A stretch of DNA of 19,386 bases from Candidatus Calditenuaceae archaeon HR02 (lineage in GTDB: Archaea; Thermoproteota; Nitrososphaeria_A; Caldarchaeales; Calditenuaceae), in the NCBI GenBank assembly GCA_002898395.1, contig BEHE01000024.1, positions 1 through 19,386 of the forward strand. The letters run 5' to 3'. Below are positions 7,532 through 15,249 of the stretch, piece by piece. How positions within the stretch are numbered: position 1 is the first letter of the stretch; each line of letters opens with the position of its first letter. Both the position numbers and the translations under genes were made by a program. Below the pieces are notes generated by a model. It had not been told where the DNA came from. It made no database searches and saw only the letters and a list, made by a program, of their open reading frames with translations.

Positions 7532-8634
7532 GCGGAAACATCCTAGGTAAAAGGTTCGTGGTCGTGAGCTTCGGAGAGAGCCATGGCAGATGCGTCGGAG
7601 CGGTTGTGGACGGCTGTCCCGCGGGCCTGAAACTCTCTGAACAAGACATACAGACTCTCCTAGACTTGAGGCGGCCTGGACAATCAATCGTCACCACGCA
7701 GAGGAGGGAGGAAGACAAGGTGGAGATTTTAAGCGGGGTCTTCAACGGACACACCACCGGCGCACCAATCGCGATGCTCGTATGGAACAAGGACGTAGTG
7801 TCCAGAGACTACGACAAGGTGTTAGAGACGCCAAGGCCGGGCCATGCAGACTTAATCGCGAGGCTGAAATATGGCGGCTTCAATGACCATCGAGGCGGCG
7901 GCAGATTCTCGGGGAGGATAACGGCTGGCTTCGTGATGGCTGGTGCCATCGCCCTGAAGCTGCTGAAGCAAGCGCTAGGGGTAGAAGTTCTCGCCTACAC
8001 TAAGCGGATAGCAGGCATCGAGGCTAGGCCCCTCTCCATAGAGTCTATCAAGGAGAGGAGGTGGCTCAACGAGGTAAGATGCCCAGATGAAGAGGCTGCA
8101 GAGGCTATGAAACGCGCAATCCTCGAAGCCAGGTCCTCGGGTGACTCTGTAGGCGGAATTGTGGAATGCATAGCCCAGAATGTCCCACCATGCCTCGGAG
8201 AACCAGTATTCGACTCACTGGATGCTGACCTCTCAAAGGCACTCTTCAGCATCCCCGCCGTAAAGGGCATAGAGTTCGGAGCAGGGTTTAGGGCGGCCGA
8301 CATGAGAGGGTCGGAGCACAACGACCCACTTGGAATAATAGATGGAGAGGTCAGACCATTGACAAACAACGCGGGCGGAATAGTCGGTGGCCTCTCAACT
8401 GGCAGGGAGATAATCATTAGGGTGGCGTTCAAACCTGCGGCCTCTATATCGAGACCCCAACACACACTCAACATTAAGAAGAGGGAGATGGAGGAGGTTG
8501 TTGTGACGGGGAGACATGACCCATGCGTAGTGCCGAGGGCCGTCCCCATCGTAGAATCAGTTGTCGGCATTGTTCTCGCGGACCACGCCCTCCGGGCGGG
8601 CCTCATACCACCAGTCCTAAGAGGTGTAGAGTAG
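7528..8634 (+). CDS. aroC: Chorismate synthase
   Basis: FGESHG, RPGHAD, RGGGRFSGRIT, DSVGG, IPAVKGIEFG, GRHDPCVVPRA; TTGA overlap with aroA. Confidence 0.97.
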   Translation: MSGNILGKRFVVVSFGESHGRCVGAVVDGCPAGLKLSEQDIQTLLDLRRPGQSIVTTQRREEDKVEILSGVFNGHTTGAPIAMLVWNKDVVSRDYDKVLETPRPGHADLIARLKYGGFNDHRGGGRFSGRITAGFVMAGAIALKLLKQALGVEVLAYTKRIAGIEARPLSIESIKERRWLNEVRCPDEEAAEAMKRAILEARSSGDSVGGIVECIAQNVPPCLGEPVFDSLDADLSKALFSIPAVKGIEFGAGFRAADMRGSEHNDPLGIIDGEVRPLTNNAGGIVGGLSTGREIIIRVAFKPAASISRPQHTLNIKKREMEEVVVTGRHDPCVVPRAVPIVESVVGIVLADHALRAGLIPPVLRGVE

Positions 8635-10029
8635 TTGGGAAGGGACGAGATCCAGAGCCTGAGGGAGGAAATAAGGGTAGTGACAGAGGAGATTATTCGA
8701 GGCATAGCCAGGAGGAGGCAGCTGGCAGAGAGGCTAGGCGAGATAAAGAGGGCGCTGGGCTTAGACCCTGTTGACCTTGACGCAGAGTCAGAGCTTAGAT
8801 CCCAAGTAGTCAATGCGGCAAAGGAGATCGGCCTAGACCCTGAGACAGCCCAGAGGATGCTCAGCCTTCTCATCCAAGACGCGATACTCGTCCAGCAGCC
8901 AAAGACCAAGCCAAAGATAACCCACATGGACATCTTCAGGAGGGCCAAGCAGCTGGAGATTAGCGGCGAAAAGATATACCACCTCGAGGTCGGTGAGCCG
9001 GACCTAGGGGCTCCAGCCCGGGTCGCGGAAGCCCTAAGCTGGGCGGCCCTGAATGGCTTCGCAGCCTATGGTGAGGCTAAGGGTAGGCCAGAGCTGCGGG
9101 GCGCGATAAGAGAGCTCCTCCGTGAAAGGACCGGCGTAGACGTTTCGGAGGACCAGATAGTAGTCACTCCTGGCGGGAGATTCGCAGTATACTTGGCCGC
9201 GGCCTCCACACTGATGCCAGGCGACCAGGCCGTAGTCATAGACCCATCATGGCCGCTATACAAGCAGGTCATCGAGATGATGCATGCAAGAAGCCTAGTA
9301 GTACACTCCACACTTGAGGATGGTTGGCGGCCCAGACAAGACGTCTTAGACAAATTCCTCAAACAGAAGCCGCGGGTAGTGTTCATCAACTATCCCAACA
9401 ATCCCACAGGCATAACGCTAAGACGCAACGAGTTAGAGGAGCTTGTTGAAGATATAGGACGCACAGACGCATACATAGTCAGCGACGAGGTCTACATGGA
9501 CTACTGCTTCACAGACTTCACATCAACCCTCGAGATGGGGTATGAGAAGACCATAATGATAAACTCGTTCTCGAAGAGCTGGGGAATGACAGGATACAGG
9601 ATAGGATACCTCGTGGCGAGCAGGGAGATAGCGGACAGGGCTGCTAGAATCCTGTCCCAGCTAATAACATGCGTCCCCGAGTTTATACAAATGGCCTCAA
9701 TAAAGGCTATCGAGGATAGGGAGACGCCGAAGAGGTATGGCGACATAATGAGGCGACGGATAGAGATGGTGTGTAGAGAACTTGATAAAATCGGCGCAAC
9801 ATACGTAAAGCCTAACGGTGGTATGTACGTCTTCCCCAAGATTGGGGGCGAAGGGTTCGACTCGGCCGAGTTTGCCCTAAACCTTCTCGAAACTGCCAGG
9901 GTCGCGGTTGCCCCGGGCACGGCGTTCGGCAACTACCCAGAGTACATCAGGATATCAGTGGGCCTTGGGGAAGAAGACCTCAGGAAAGGGTTGCGAATGC
10001 TCGCTGAAAGTCTCCAGAAAACCCGGTGA
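8635..10029 (+). CDS. Fusion of an AroQ-type chorismate mutase domain and a class I/II PLP-dependent aminotransferase
   Basis: The first ~90 aa are AroQ-like (LREEI...IARRRQLAERLGEIKRALGLDPVDLDAE...VQ). The remainder has EVGEPD, NYPNNPTG, SDEVY, SFSKSWGMTGYRIGY (PLP Lys), YIRIS. TTG start immediately follows the aroC stop. Confidence 0.9.
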   Translation: MGRDEIQSLREEIRVVTEEIIRGIARRRQLAERLGEIKRALGLDPVDLDAESELRSQVVNAAKEIGLDPETAQRMLSLLIQDAILVQQPKTKPKITHMDIFRRAKQLEISGEKIYHLEVGEPDLGAPARVAEALSWAALNGFAAYGEAKGRPELRGAIRELLRERTGVDVSEDQIVVTPGGRFAVYLAAASTLMPGDQAVVIDPSWPLYKQVIEMMHARSLVVHSTLEDGWRPRQDVLDKFLKQKPRVVFINYPNNPTGITLRRNELEELVEDIGRTDAYIVSDEVYMDYCFTDFTSTLEMGYEKTIMINSFSKSWGMTGYRIGYLVASREIADRAARILSQLITCVPEFIQMASIKAIEDRETPKRYGDIMRRRIEMVCRELDKIGATYVKPNGGMYVFPKIGGEGFDSAEFALNLLETARVAVAPGTAFGNYPEYIRISVGLGEEDLRKGLRMLAESLQKTR

Positions 10030-10039
10030 CAGGAGGAGA

Positions 10040-11131
10040 CTAGACAAGCAGCTGCTCTGTCTTCCCATCATATATATGTATTTTACTCTCCTCGAATCCA
10101 ACCCAGACTTTCTGACTAATCTGCAGTGGTAGGGGTGGCGTAACAGCCTTAATAATCTCCGAGTCTATTTTGAGGTCTACAACAAGGTTTGCACCTTGAT
10201 GCTCGACTACGTAAACCTCGCTCTGGAAGACCGAAGTGCCGGCCTTCTCAAAAGTTATGATTATGTCCTCCGGCCTCACGCCTAGGAAAGCCTCGCTGGA
10301 CTGCGCGCCCTTCAACACTGCCTCAGAATATTCCGGCGAGAGTGTATAGCTGAAAGACCCCGCATCGAGAACTACATTGCCCCCTACCTGCTTTATGGCT
10401 GTCTTTATCATGTTCATGGGTGGGCTCCCGATGAATGTTGCGACGAAGGCGTTTGCAGGCCTGCTATAGATCGTGTTGGGGTCGGCATATTGCTGCACTT
10501 TACCCTTGTTCATGACTGCAATCTTATCAGCCATAGCCATAGCCTCGGCCTGATCGTGGGTCACATACACAGTAGTAGTCTTCAACTCCCTCTGAAGCCG
10601 CTTAAGCTCGGCCCTCATGAAGAGCCTCAACTTAGCGTCTAGGTTGCTGAGCGGCTCATCCATGAGAAAGACGCGGGGCCTCCTAATAATCGCCCTCCCT
10701 AGGGCGACACGCTGCTGCTCGCCCCCACTAAGCTGCCTAGGCTTCCTATCAAGGAGATGCGAAATACCTAGAAGGTCCGCAACCTCTTTAACCCGTCTAT
10801 CAATCTCCATCTTTTCAACCTTCCTCATCTTCAGCGGGAAGGCCAAGTTGTCATATACCTTCATGTGGGGATAGAGTGCATAGTTCTGGAAAACCATCGC
10901 TACGTCCCTATCCTTTGGTGGAAGATCATTCACTATGCTGTCACCTATCCATATCTCGCCCGCGTCGGGGGTCTCTAGGCCGGCGATGCAGCGAAGCGTA
11001 GTCGTCTTTCCACAGCCCGAAGGCCCCAGCAAGACCACGAAATCACCGTCAGGAATGTCCAGCGTGACACCGTCAACCGCTATCACCCTGTCAAACTTCT
11101 TGTGAAGATTCACCAGCCTAACCGAGGCCAT
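10040..11131 (-). CDS. Carbohydrate ABC transporter ATP-binding subunit (MalK/MsmX family)
   Basis: GPSGCGKTT (Walker A), VFQNYALYPHM, LSGGEQQRVALGRA, FLMDEPLSNLDAKLR, YVTHDQ, FIGSPPMN, C-terminal OB/TOBE-type regulatory region. Confidence 0.96.
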   Translation of the reverse strand: MASVRLVNLHKKFDRVIAVDGVTLDIPDGDFVVLLGPSGCGKTTTLRCIAGLETPDAGEIWIGDSIVNDLPPKDRDVAMVFQNYALYPHMKVYDNLAFPLKMRKVEKMEIDRRVKEVADLLGISHLLDRKPRQLSGGEQQRVALGRAIIRRPRVFLMDEPLSNLDAKLRLFMRAELKRLQRELKTTTVYVTHDQAEAMAMADKIAVMNKGKVQQYADPNTIYSRPANAFVATFIGSPPMNMIKTAIKQVGGNVVLDAGSFSYTLSPEYSEAVLKGAQSSEAFLGVRPEDIIITFEKAGTSVFQSEVYVVEHQGANLVVDLKIDSEIIKAVTPPLPLQISQKVWVGFEESKIHIYDGKTEQLLV

Positions 11132-11150
11132 CCGGAGACTATCTATCGGA

Positions 11151-11162
11151 CTTTTTAATAAG
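11151..11162 (-). promoter_or_regulatory. Probable TATA box of the MalK-family gene
   Basis: The minus strand reads CTTATTAAAAAG, 20-31 nt upstream of ATG 11131, consistent with a leaderless monocistronic transcript. Confidence 0.55.
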
Positions 11163-11184
11163 TTTTCCCACCTAGAAAATTATT

Positions 11185-11330
11185 TCTCCTAAGCATTCTC
11201 CCACATATGGGGCACTCTTCTCCGCCTCCTCCTCAGGCCTACAAGACATATACAAAACCCCATCACCACCTCATAAATCAACATAGATGACCCTACCACC
11301 TCGGTGTCTGGGGATTAGTCTTACCTTGAT
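11185..11330 (-). pseudogene. Decayed paralog of the Zn-ribbon gene at 18194-18511
   Basis: Minus strand reads GGRVIYVDL*GGDGVLYMSCRPEEEAE versus GEKLIRIDLWIGGDGIPCISYRPGEKAD, then in another frame GEECPICGRMLRR (11223-11185) versus GDKCLYCGTKLRR. Shows a TGG to TGA change, an internal deletion and a frameshift. Confidence 0.7.
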
Positions 11331-11563
11331 TGGCCTCTCCCTATCTGATAACAGGTGATAATCATGTATTGGGTGGGGAGGCTCTAGCTGAGCTACGAAG
11401 GGTTCGTGGATATTTGAGGCTGTATCGGGAACGGTCGTATAATAGGAGGTATGGACATGCGACGCGTGAAGCATTAGTAAGACTTAGGATGGCGGTAATT
11501 GGTAAATATGAGCCGAGGGCTAGGTATCAGGAGGATGTGCCGAAGATATGGCTGATGTTCTGA
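11330..11563 (+). CDS. Hypothetical basic small protein or gene remnant (77 aa)
   Basis: Open frame with a TTG start, Arg/Tyr-rich, no recognisable motif. Its stop abuts the structured element at 11564. Confidence 0.25.
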   Translation: MASPYLITGDNHVLGGEALAELRRVRGYLRLYRERSYNRRYGHATREALVRLRMAVIGKYEPRARYQEDVPKIWLMF

Positions 11564-11745
11564 GGGGAGACATGGAGGCCGGCGGGCATACTAGCCCAGC
11601 AACAGGGATAAAACCCAGGGGGCAGGTATGTCAGAAAATTAAATAGACTGGCATTTTCGCCAGTCATGTCATAGCTCTTAACAACCGGCCTCGTTTGGGT
11701 TTCCTAGGTGTTGTTGGGATGGTTGTCCGCCGGCTAACACTCCCC
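11564..11745 (+). ncRNA. Unclassified rod-shaped structured RNA candidate
   Basis: Nested pairings: GGGGAG 11564-11569/CTCCCC 11740-11745; 11577-11588/11724-11735; 11590-11604/11709-11723; 11612-11618/11695-11701; 11619-11627/11684-11692; inner perfect hairpin GACTGGC 11646-11652/GCCAGTC 11659-11665. Several G-U pairs on the + strand. Confidence 0.6.
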
Positions 11746-11748
11746 CCA

Positions 11749-11762
11749 TTTTTCTCTTCTTT
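11749..11762 (+). terminator. T-rich tract, candidate archaeal terminator for a + strand transcript
   Basis: TTTTTCTCTTCTTT just after the closing stem of the structured element. Confidence 0.45.
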
Positions 11763-11781
11763 AAACTCATTTTGTTATCCA

Positions 11782-12498
11782 TTATTTAAGCGAGGTTAGG
11801 ATGGAGAGTGCGTCGCGGGTTGTCAGATGATATATTCGCTTGTTTGCGAGCTCTTGTGGCGGCTCGAACCCCATCTTCCTTAACACCTTCCCCACCACAT
11901 GCCTCCTGTCTGTAAATATTTGCTTCAAGATTCGGAGCTGGTTGTCTTCGAGGGGTGTTTGCTCATTTCTCATTAGCCTTACTATGCTAGACGAGACCCT
12001 CGGTCTCGGCCTGAAGGCGGATGGAGGTATCGTGTCGAGGACCTCAACCCTGTAGAAAAGCTGAGAGAGCAGGCTTATGTACAGATAGTCTCTGTATCCG
12101 GGTGGCGAGGATAGTTTTCTGGCGAACTCCCTCTGGAGCGTCATGACCACTAAGCGTGGCGCGGGTCTCAGAGCTATCCATTCGATGAGGGGTCTAGATA
12201 TATGGTAGGGGGGATTGCCGACAATCATTGTGAAATGTTCGGGATTAAGCTCCAGCACGTCTCCAGTTACCACCTCGACGTTGGGCCAGCCTCTCAGCCT
12301 CCACCGCGCCTCCTCCGCGAGCCTAGAATCTATCTCCACCGCTAGAACTTTGCATCCACGCTCGGCTAAGAGCTCGGTAAGCCTTCCATCCCCACAACCA
12401 GGCTCTAGTACGACATCGCTAGCGGTCGGGTTGGCGAGCTCGACAATCCTCTCAAGCACTCGCCTGTTTATGGTGAGGTGTTGGCTCAGCCTAGTCAT
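11782..12498 (-). CDS. rsmA: 16S rRNA adenine dimethyltransferase RsmA/KsgA/Dim1
   Basis: LSQHLTIN, VLEPGCGDGRLT, AVEID, VGNPPYHIS, TLQREFARKL, AFRPRPRVSS; conserved position after DUF655. Confidence 0.94.
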   Translation of the reverse strand: MTRLSQHLTINRRVLERIVELANPTASDVVLEPGCGDGRLTELLAERGCKVLAVEIDSRLAEEARWRLRGWPNVEVVTGDVLELNPEHFTMIVGNPPYHISRPLIEWIALRPAPRLVVMTLQREFARKLSSPPGYRDYLYISLLSQLFYRVEVLDTIPPSAFRPRPRVSSSIVRLMRNEQTPLEDNQLRILKQIFTDRRHVVGKVLRKMGFEPPQELANKRIYHLTTRDALSILTSLK

Positions 12499-13082
12499 AT
12501 ACCCTGGTGCGCGGGGGGGCGGGTGAATAGCCAGTGCTTCGTGTTGGGGTCCGATAGTTCTTGAATGATCCTCTTAATTATTATCTTGTCCACATTCTGG
12601 ATGCCTATCCTCTTTTCAATGTCCGCGAAACTTTTGAATGGCTCTTTGCTCCTCTCCTCAATAATGCGCATGGAGAGTTTTCTTCCTATCCCTGGGAGGG
12701 CCTCCAGCGCATGGAGTCTCGGGGTAAGGGGTCCACAGGTGTTGATGAACTGGACAATCCTCTCTTCCCTCGACTTGACAAGTTCCTCGACCGCTCTTTC
12801 CAGCTCGTATTTAGCATTCTCTGTCAGCTCATGGTAACCCATTCGCCTAACTATTCTGATGAGGGGTCGGGGCACATCCTTTCCAATATATATCCTCATG
12901 CCCGGCCTTGGGTTAAGACTCTGATTGATGGCCGCCTCTAATAGTGTGAAGTGTTCGACACCCAGTACCTGGGCCAGAAGCATGTTCTTCTCTATGTGTG
13001 AAGCCCTTTCAAGCCTTGTCGATGGCAGTATGTCAAGTACTATTGCCTCGTCCTCGTAAAGTTTTGGCTTGGCACTCCTCAT
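12495..13082 (-). CDS. DUF655 family putative RNA-binding protein (helix-hairpin-helix)
   Basis: YEDEAIVLD, FTLLE, RIYIGKD, PLTPRLHALEALPGIGRK, FKSFADIEKR; conserved location between rpo4 and rsmA. Confidence 0.92.
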   Translation of the reverse strand: MRSAKPKLYEDEAIVLDILPSTRLERASHIEKNMLLAQVLGVEHFTLLEAAINQSLNPRPGMRIYIGKDVPRPLIRIVRRMGYHELTENAKYELERAVEELVKSREERIVQFINTCGPLTPRLHALEALPGIGRKLSMRIIEERSKEPFKSFADIEKRIGIQNVDKIIIKRIIQELSDPNTKHWLFTRPPAHQGI

Positions 13083-13090
13083 GACTCTTC

Positions 13091-13465
13091 CTATTCTTGA
13101 ACCTGCTTTGCGTCAACCTCTTCGCGAAGGTAGGACTCTATTGTCTGGACTATCTCGGAGAGCTTCTGGTCGGAAAAAAGAATGCTTGAGATGAGCCTCT
13201 TATAGCCTGACAGGACAGCCCTAAGCTCATTAACATCTCTGGGGCAGATGTTCACTATCTGACAGGCCTCCTCCAGCTCAAGCCCGAATTTCTCCTGAAG
13301 CTCCTGCACAAGCTTCCTAGCCCTTTCGGCGGAGAGCTTCGCGAATGTTGTGACATAGTTGTAGACCCTTAGCTGGAGGGGTGTGAGCTCCTCCTTCTTG
13401 ACGGAGAGTAGCTCGGCAACCTCTGGAATAGTTATGGGCGTGTAGGATACTATCTTTCTCGGCAC
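13091..13465 (-). CDS. rpo4: DNA-directed RNA polymerase subunit Rpo4 (RpoF)
   Basis: ITIPEVAELL, YVTTFAKLSAERARKLVQEL, QIVNICPRDVNELRAVL; follows rpl21e; GTG start. Confidence 0.92.
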   Translation of the reverse strand: MPRKIVSYTPITIPEVAELLSVKKEELTPLQLRVYNYVTTFAKLSAERARKLVQELQEKFGLELEEACQIVNICPRDVNELRAVLSGYKRLISSILFSDQKLSEIVQTIESYLREEVDAKQVQE

Positions 13466-13472
13466 CTTACTA

Positions 13473-13769
13473 TCACCCTGAGGATAGAGGTTTAATATGT
13501 TCAGGCAGAACGTGTAGCTTTTTCAGCTTCCCACCGAGCTCTACCTCCACCACATACCCCCTCCCTCTCCGCTCCACCACTCTACCAATCTTCCCCTGAT
13601 ATCGCTTATGCGGCATCCCCTTGTGGGTTGAGGGGTCTATATCTATGGCCACAGCCTGACCTATCACGTACTCTTGGAGGTATACCTCTGGCCTAGGCCC
13701 ACTTCTCGCACCTACCTCCCGAGTAAAGAGACGTCTAGTCCTGTGTCTATATCCGCTATGCCTAGTCAA
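13473..13769 (-). CDS. rpl21e: 50S ribosomal protein L21e (eL21)
   Basis: SGYRHRTRRLF, IDIDPSTHKGMPHKRYQGKIGRVV, PEHIKP. Start placed at TTG 13769 (GGAGG just upstream; TTTATATA at 13810-13803) rather than track start 13817. Confidence 0.95.
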   Translation of the reverse strand: MTRHSGYRHRTRRLFTREVGARSGPRPEVYLQEYVIGQAVAIDIDPSTHKGMPHKRYQGKIGRVVERRGRGYVVEVELGGKLKKLHVLPEHIKPLSSG

Positions 13770-13890
13770 CCCTCCTCTACCCCATTTAGCATTATGAAGC
13801 CCTATATAAAGAGACACGCCCGCCCTCTAGCATAAACCCCGCTTTAACTCCGACCGTGTTTGAAGCGCCTCTACATTGTTACGGGGTATT

Positions 13891-15249
13891 TTAATGGCGT
13901 AGCGTCTTGAGGACGCCGAGGAATTTGAGCTTTATGCTGGTGGGATGGTTGTCTAGTATCTCCGCTACATTGGGCCGGGTTCTGCCAGAGTCTCCGTGTA
14001 TGAGTTCCTTGACATATAGCCCGCCGTCAACCTCAACGTAGAGCTCTACAGTGTAAGAGTCTATTAGCCTCGATTCTATATTGAGTATCCTCTTTCTCCT
14101 TAACCTCTCCCCCCTCCTCTTCAGGACGCGGGTAGGGGTTTGCTGCTCTATGACGGCCCCCCTGAGAGAGGCATCGAGTCTGGCTAGGTCCTCACTGCTC
14201 ACTGGCTTCGAAAACTGGATGGTGGCCATGTACCGCTTGGTAGATCCTTCTATCGTTTCCTTAAGCATCTTTAGGTCGCTGTGCGTGGCGGGTCTGAGCC
14301 CCTCAACCTCAACTCGCCCCTCAGAGCAGCTCTTTACCGCTTCTTTCAGGGCTTCGAGAGATACCATCCTTCTCCTCGGCATTATCAACTCGACTATGAA
14401 TGGCCGCCCTGTACCTTCCACAGTCACGTCAACATCTTCTCTCCCAGCAGCGTGGAACTTGTATCCAATTGCCCCAGCCAGCCTCATCGCAGGTTCACCA
14501 ATATACTCGGCCACCGAGTCCGGATACATCCTTCCTAGGCCTCCGCACCTCTCGCACCCAGCCCCCCAACAGGCTGAGCAGTACCAAGGCGTCTGCGGGA
14601 TGTCTATCCTGTTCTTGAAATAGTGGCCGTAGATGTATAATGGTGTGGGCTTGGCCTCGGCAGTCCCAGTAAATATGTCGACTAGTATGAGCATCTCGGG
14701 GGAAGTGAAGTTAGCCGGCTTCCCCAGCACCGCCTCAAGCCTCTTCCCCACTTCTCTTGTAATCTCTTTCCTCAGCGTCTCTGACTCGGTGAGACCAAAC
14801 TCCGAGAATATACGCTCCTCGATCGCGGTTATGTACTTAGGGACATACGCGCCGACGAGGAAGTCTTCAAACTCGTAGCCGGAGACCCTTCTGACTGCTT
14901 CTGCCACAACTGCATCGATCACCTCGTCTGTAAGCCTGTCTAGGCAGATTGGGCATGTTTTCTCCTTGACATCCAGTCCGTAGTTCAGTGCGTCATCCTG
15001 TGCCGCCCTATACCCTGATTCTGATAGAGCCTTGATAAGAGCTATGGCTTCTTCCGGGTGTTGGGCTGCCAGGGCGCGAGCCTCCTCCAGCAGCCCCGCC
15101 TTGATTACTTCACCCGTGTTAAGAAGTTCGGGGCCAGGCCAGCTTGAGGCTAGGAGGCGCCCTAGACACTTGTTGCAAAGCCGATATCTTAGGAGGATCT
15201 GCTTAGCCTTTGAGAGTGTCTCTCTCAAATTCTTTACGCCCCAGACCAA
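13891..15249 (-). CDS. pus10: tRNA pseudouridine(54/55) synthase Pus10
   Basis: LCNKCLGR and CPIC Zn ligands, THUMP region, IPQTPW, CSACWGAGCERC, FHAAGREDVDV (catalytic Asp), QQTPTRV, GGLYVKELIHGDSGRTRP. Start uncertain (TTG 15249 or 15228); overlaps the srp54 3' end. Confidence 0.95.
   Translation of the reverse strand: MVWGVKNLRETLSKAKQILLRYRLCNKCLGRLLASSWPGPELLNTGEVIKAGLLEEARALAAQHPEEAIALIKALSESGYRAAQDDALNYGLDVKEKTCPICLDRLTDEVIDAVVAEAVRRVSGYEFEDFLVGAYVPKYITAIEERIFSEFGLTESETLRKEITREVGKRLEAVLGKPANFTSPEMLILVDIFTGTAEAKPTPLYIYGHYFKNRIDIPQTPWYCSACWGAGCERCGGLGRMYPDSVAEYIGEPAMRLAGAIGYKFHAAGREDVDVTVEGTGRPFIVELIMPRRRMVSLEALKEAVKSCSEGRVEVEGLRPATHSDLKMLKETIEGSTKRYMATIQFSKPVSSEDLARLDASLRGAVIEQQTPTRVLKRRGERLRRKRILNIESRLIDSYTVELYVEVDGGLYVKELIHGDSGRTRPNVAEILDNHPTSIKLKFLGVLKTLRH

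Noticed and set aside
7995-8948. 317-aa antisense ORF over aroC and the chorismate mutase domain, plus the many other antisense or nested track ORFs (e.g. 15210-15887, 14081-14623, 6322-6816)
   Set aside because: Ser/Pro-rich shadow frames opposite well-conserved genes, with no motifs.
11271-11474. 67-aa minus-strand ORF as a real gene
   Set aside because: Only its last ~20 codons resemble the Zn-ribbon paralog, and its stop is the TGG-to-TGA lesion; treated as part of the pseudogene.
11564-11745. Structured element as SRP RNA (srp54 is nearby), RNase P RNA or tRNA
   Set aside because: No helix-8 CAGG/GNRA/AGCA motif or Alu domain, no convincing RNase P CR-I/CR-V, no cloverleaf or T-loop, and too short for archaeal SRP RNA.
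13836-13887. ACCCCG/CGGGGT plus TAAC/GTTA stem between pus10 and rpl21e, as a possible sRNA or bulge-helix-bulge substrate
   Set aside because: No C/D boxes, the inner region pairs poorly, and the second BHB flank is missing; too weak to call.
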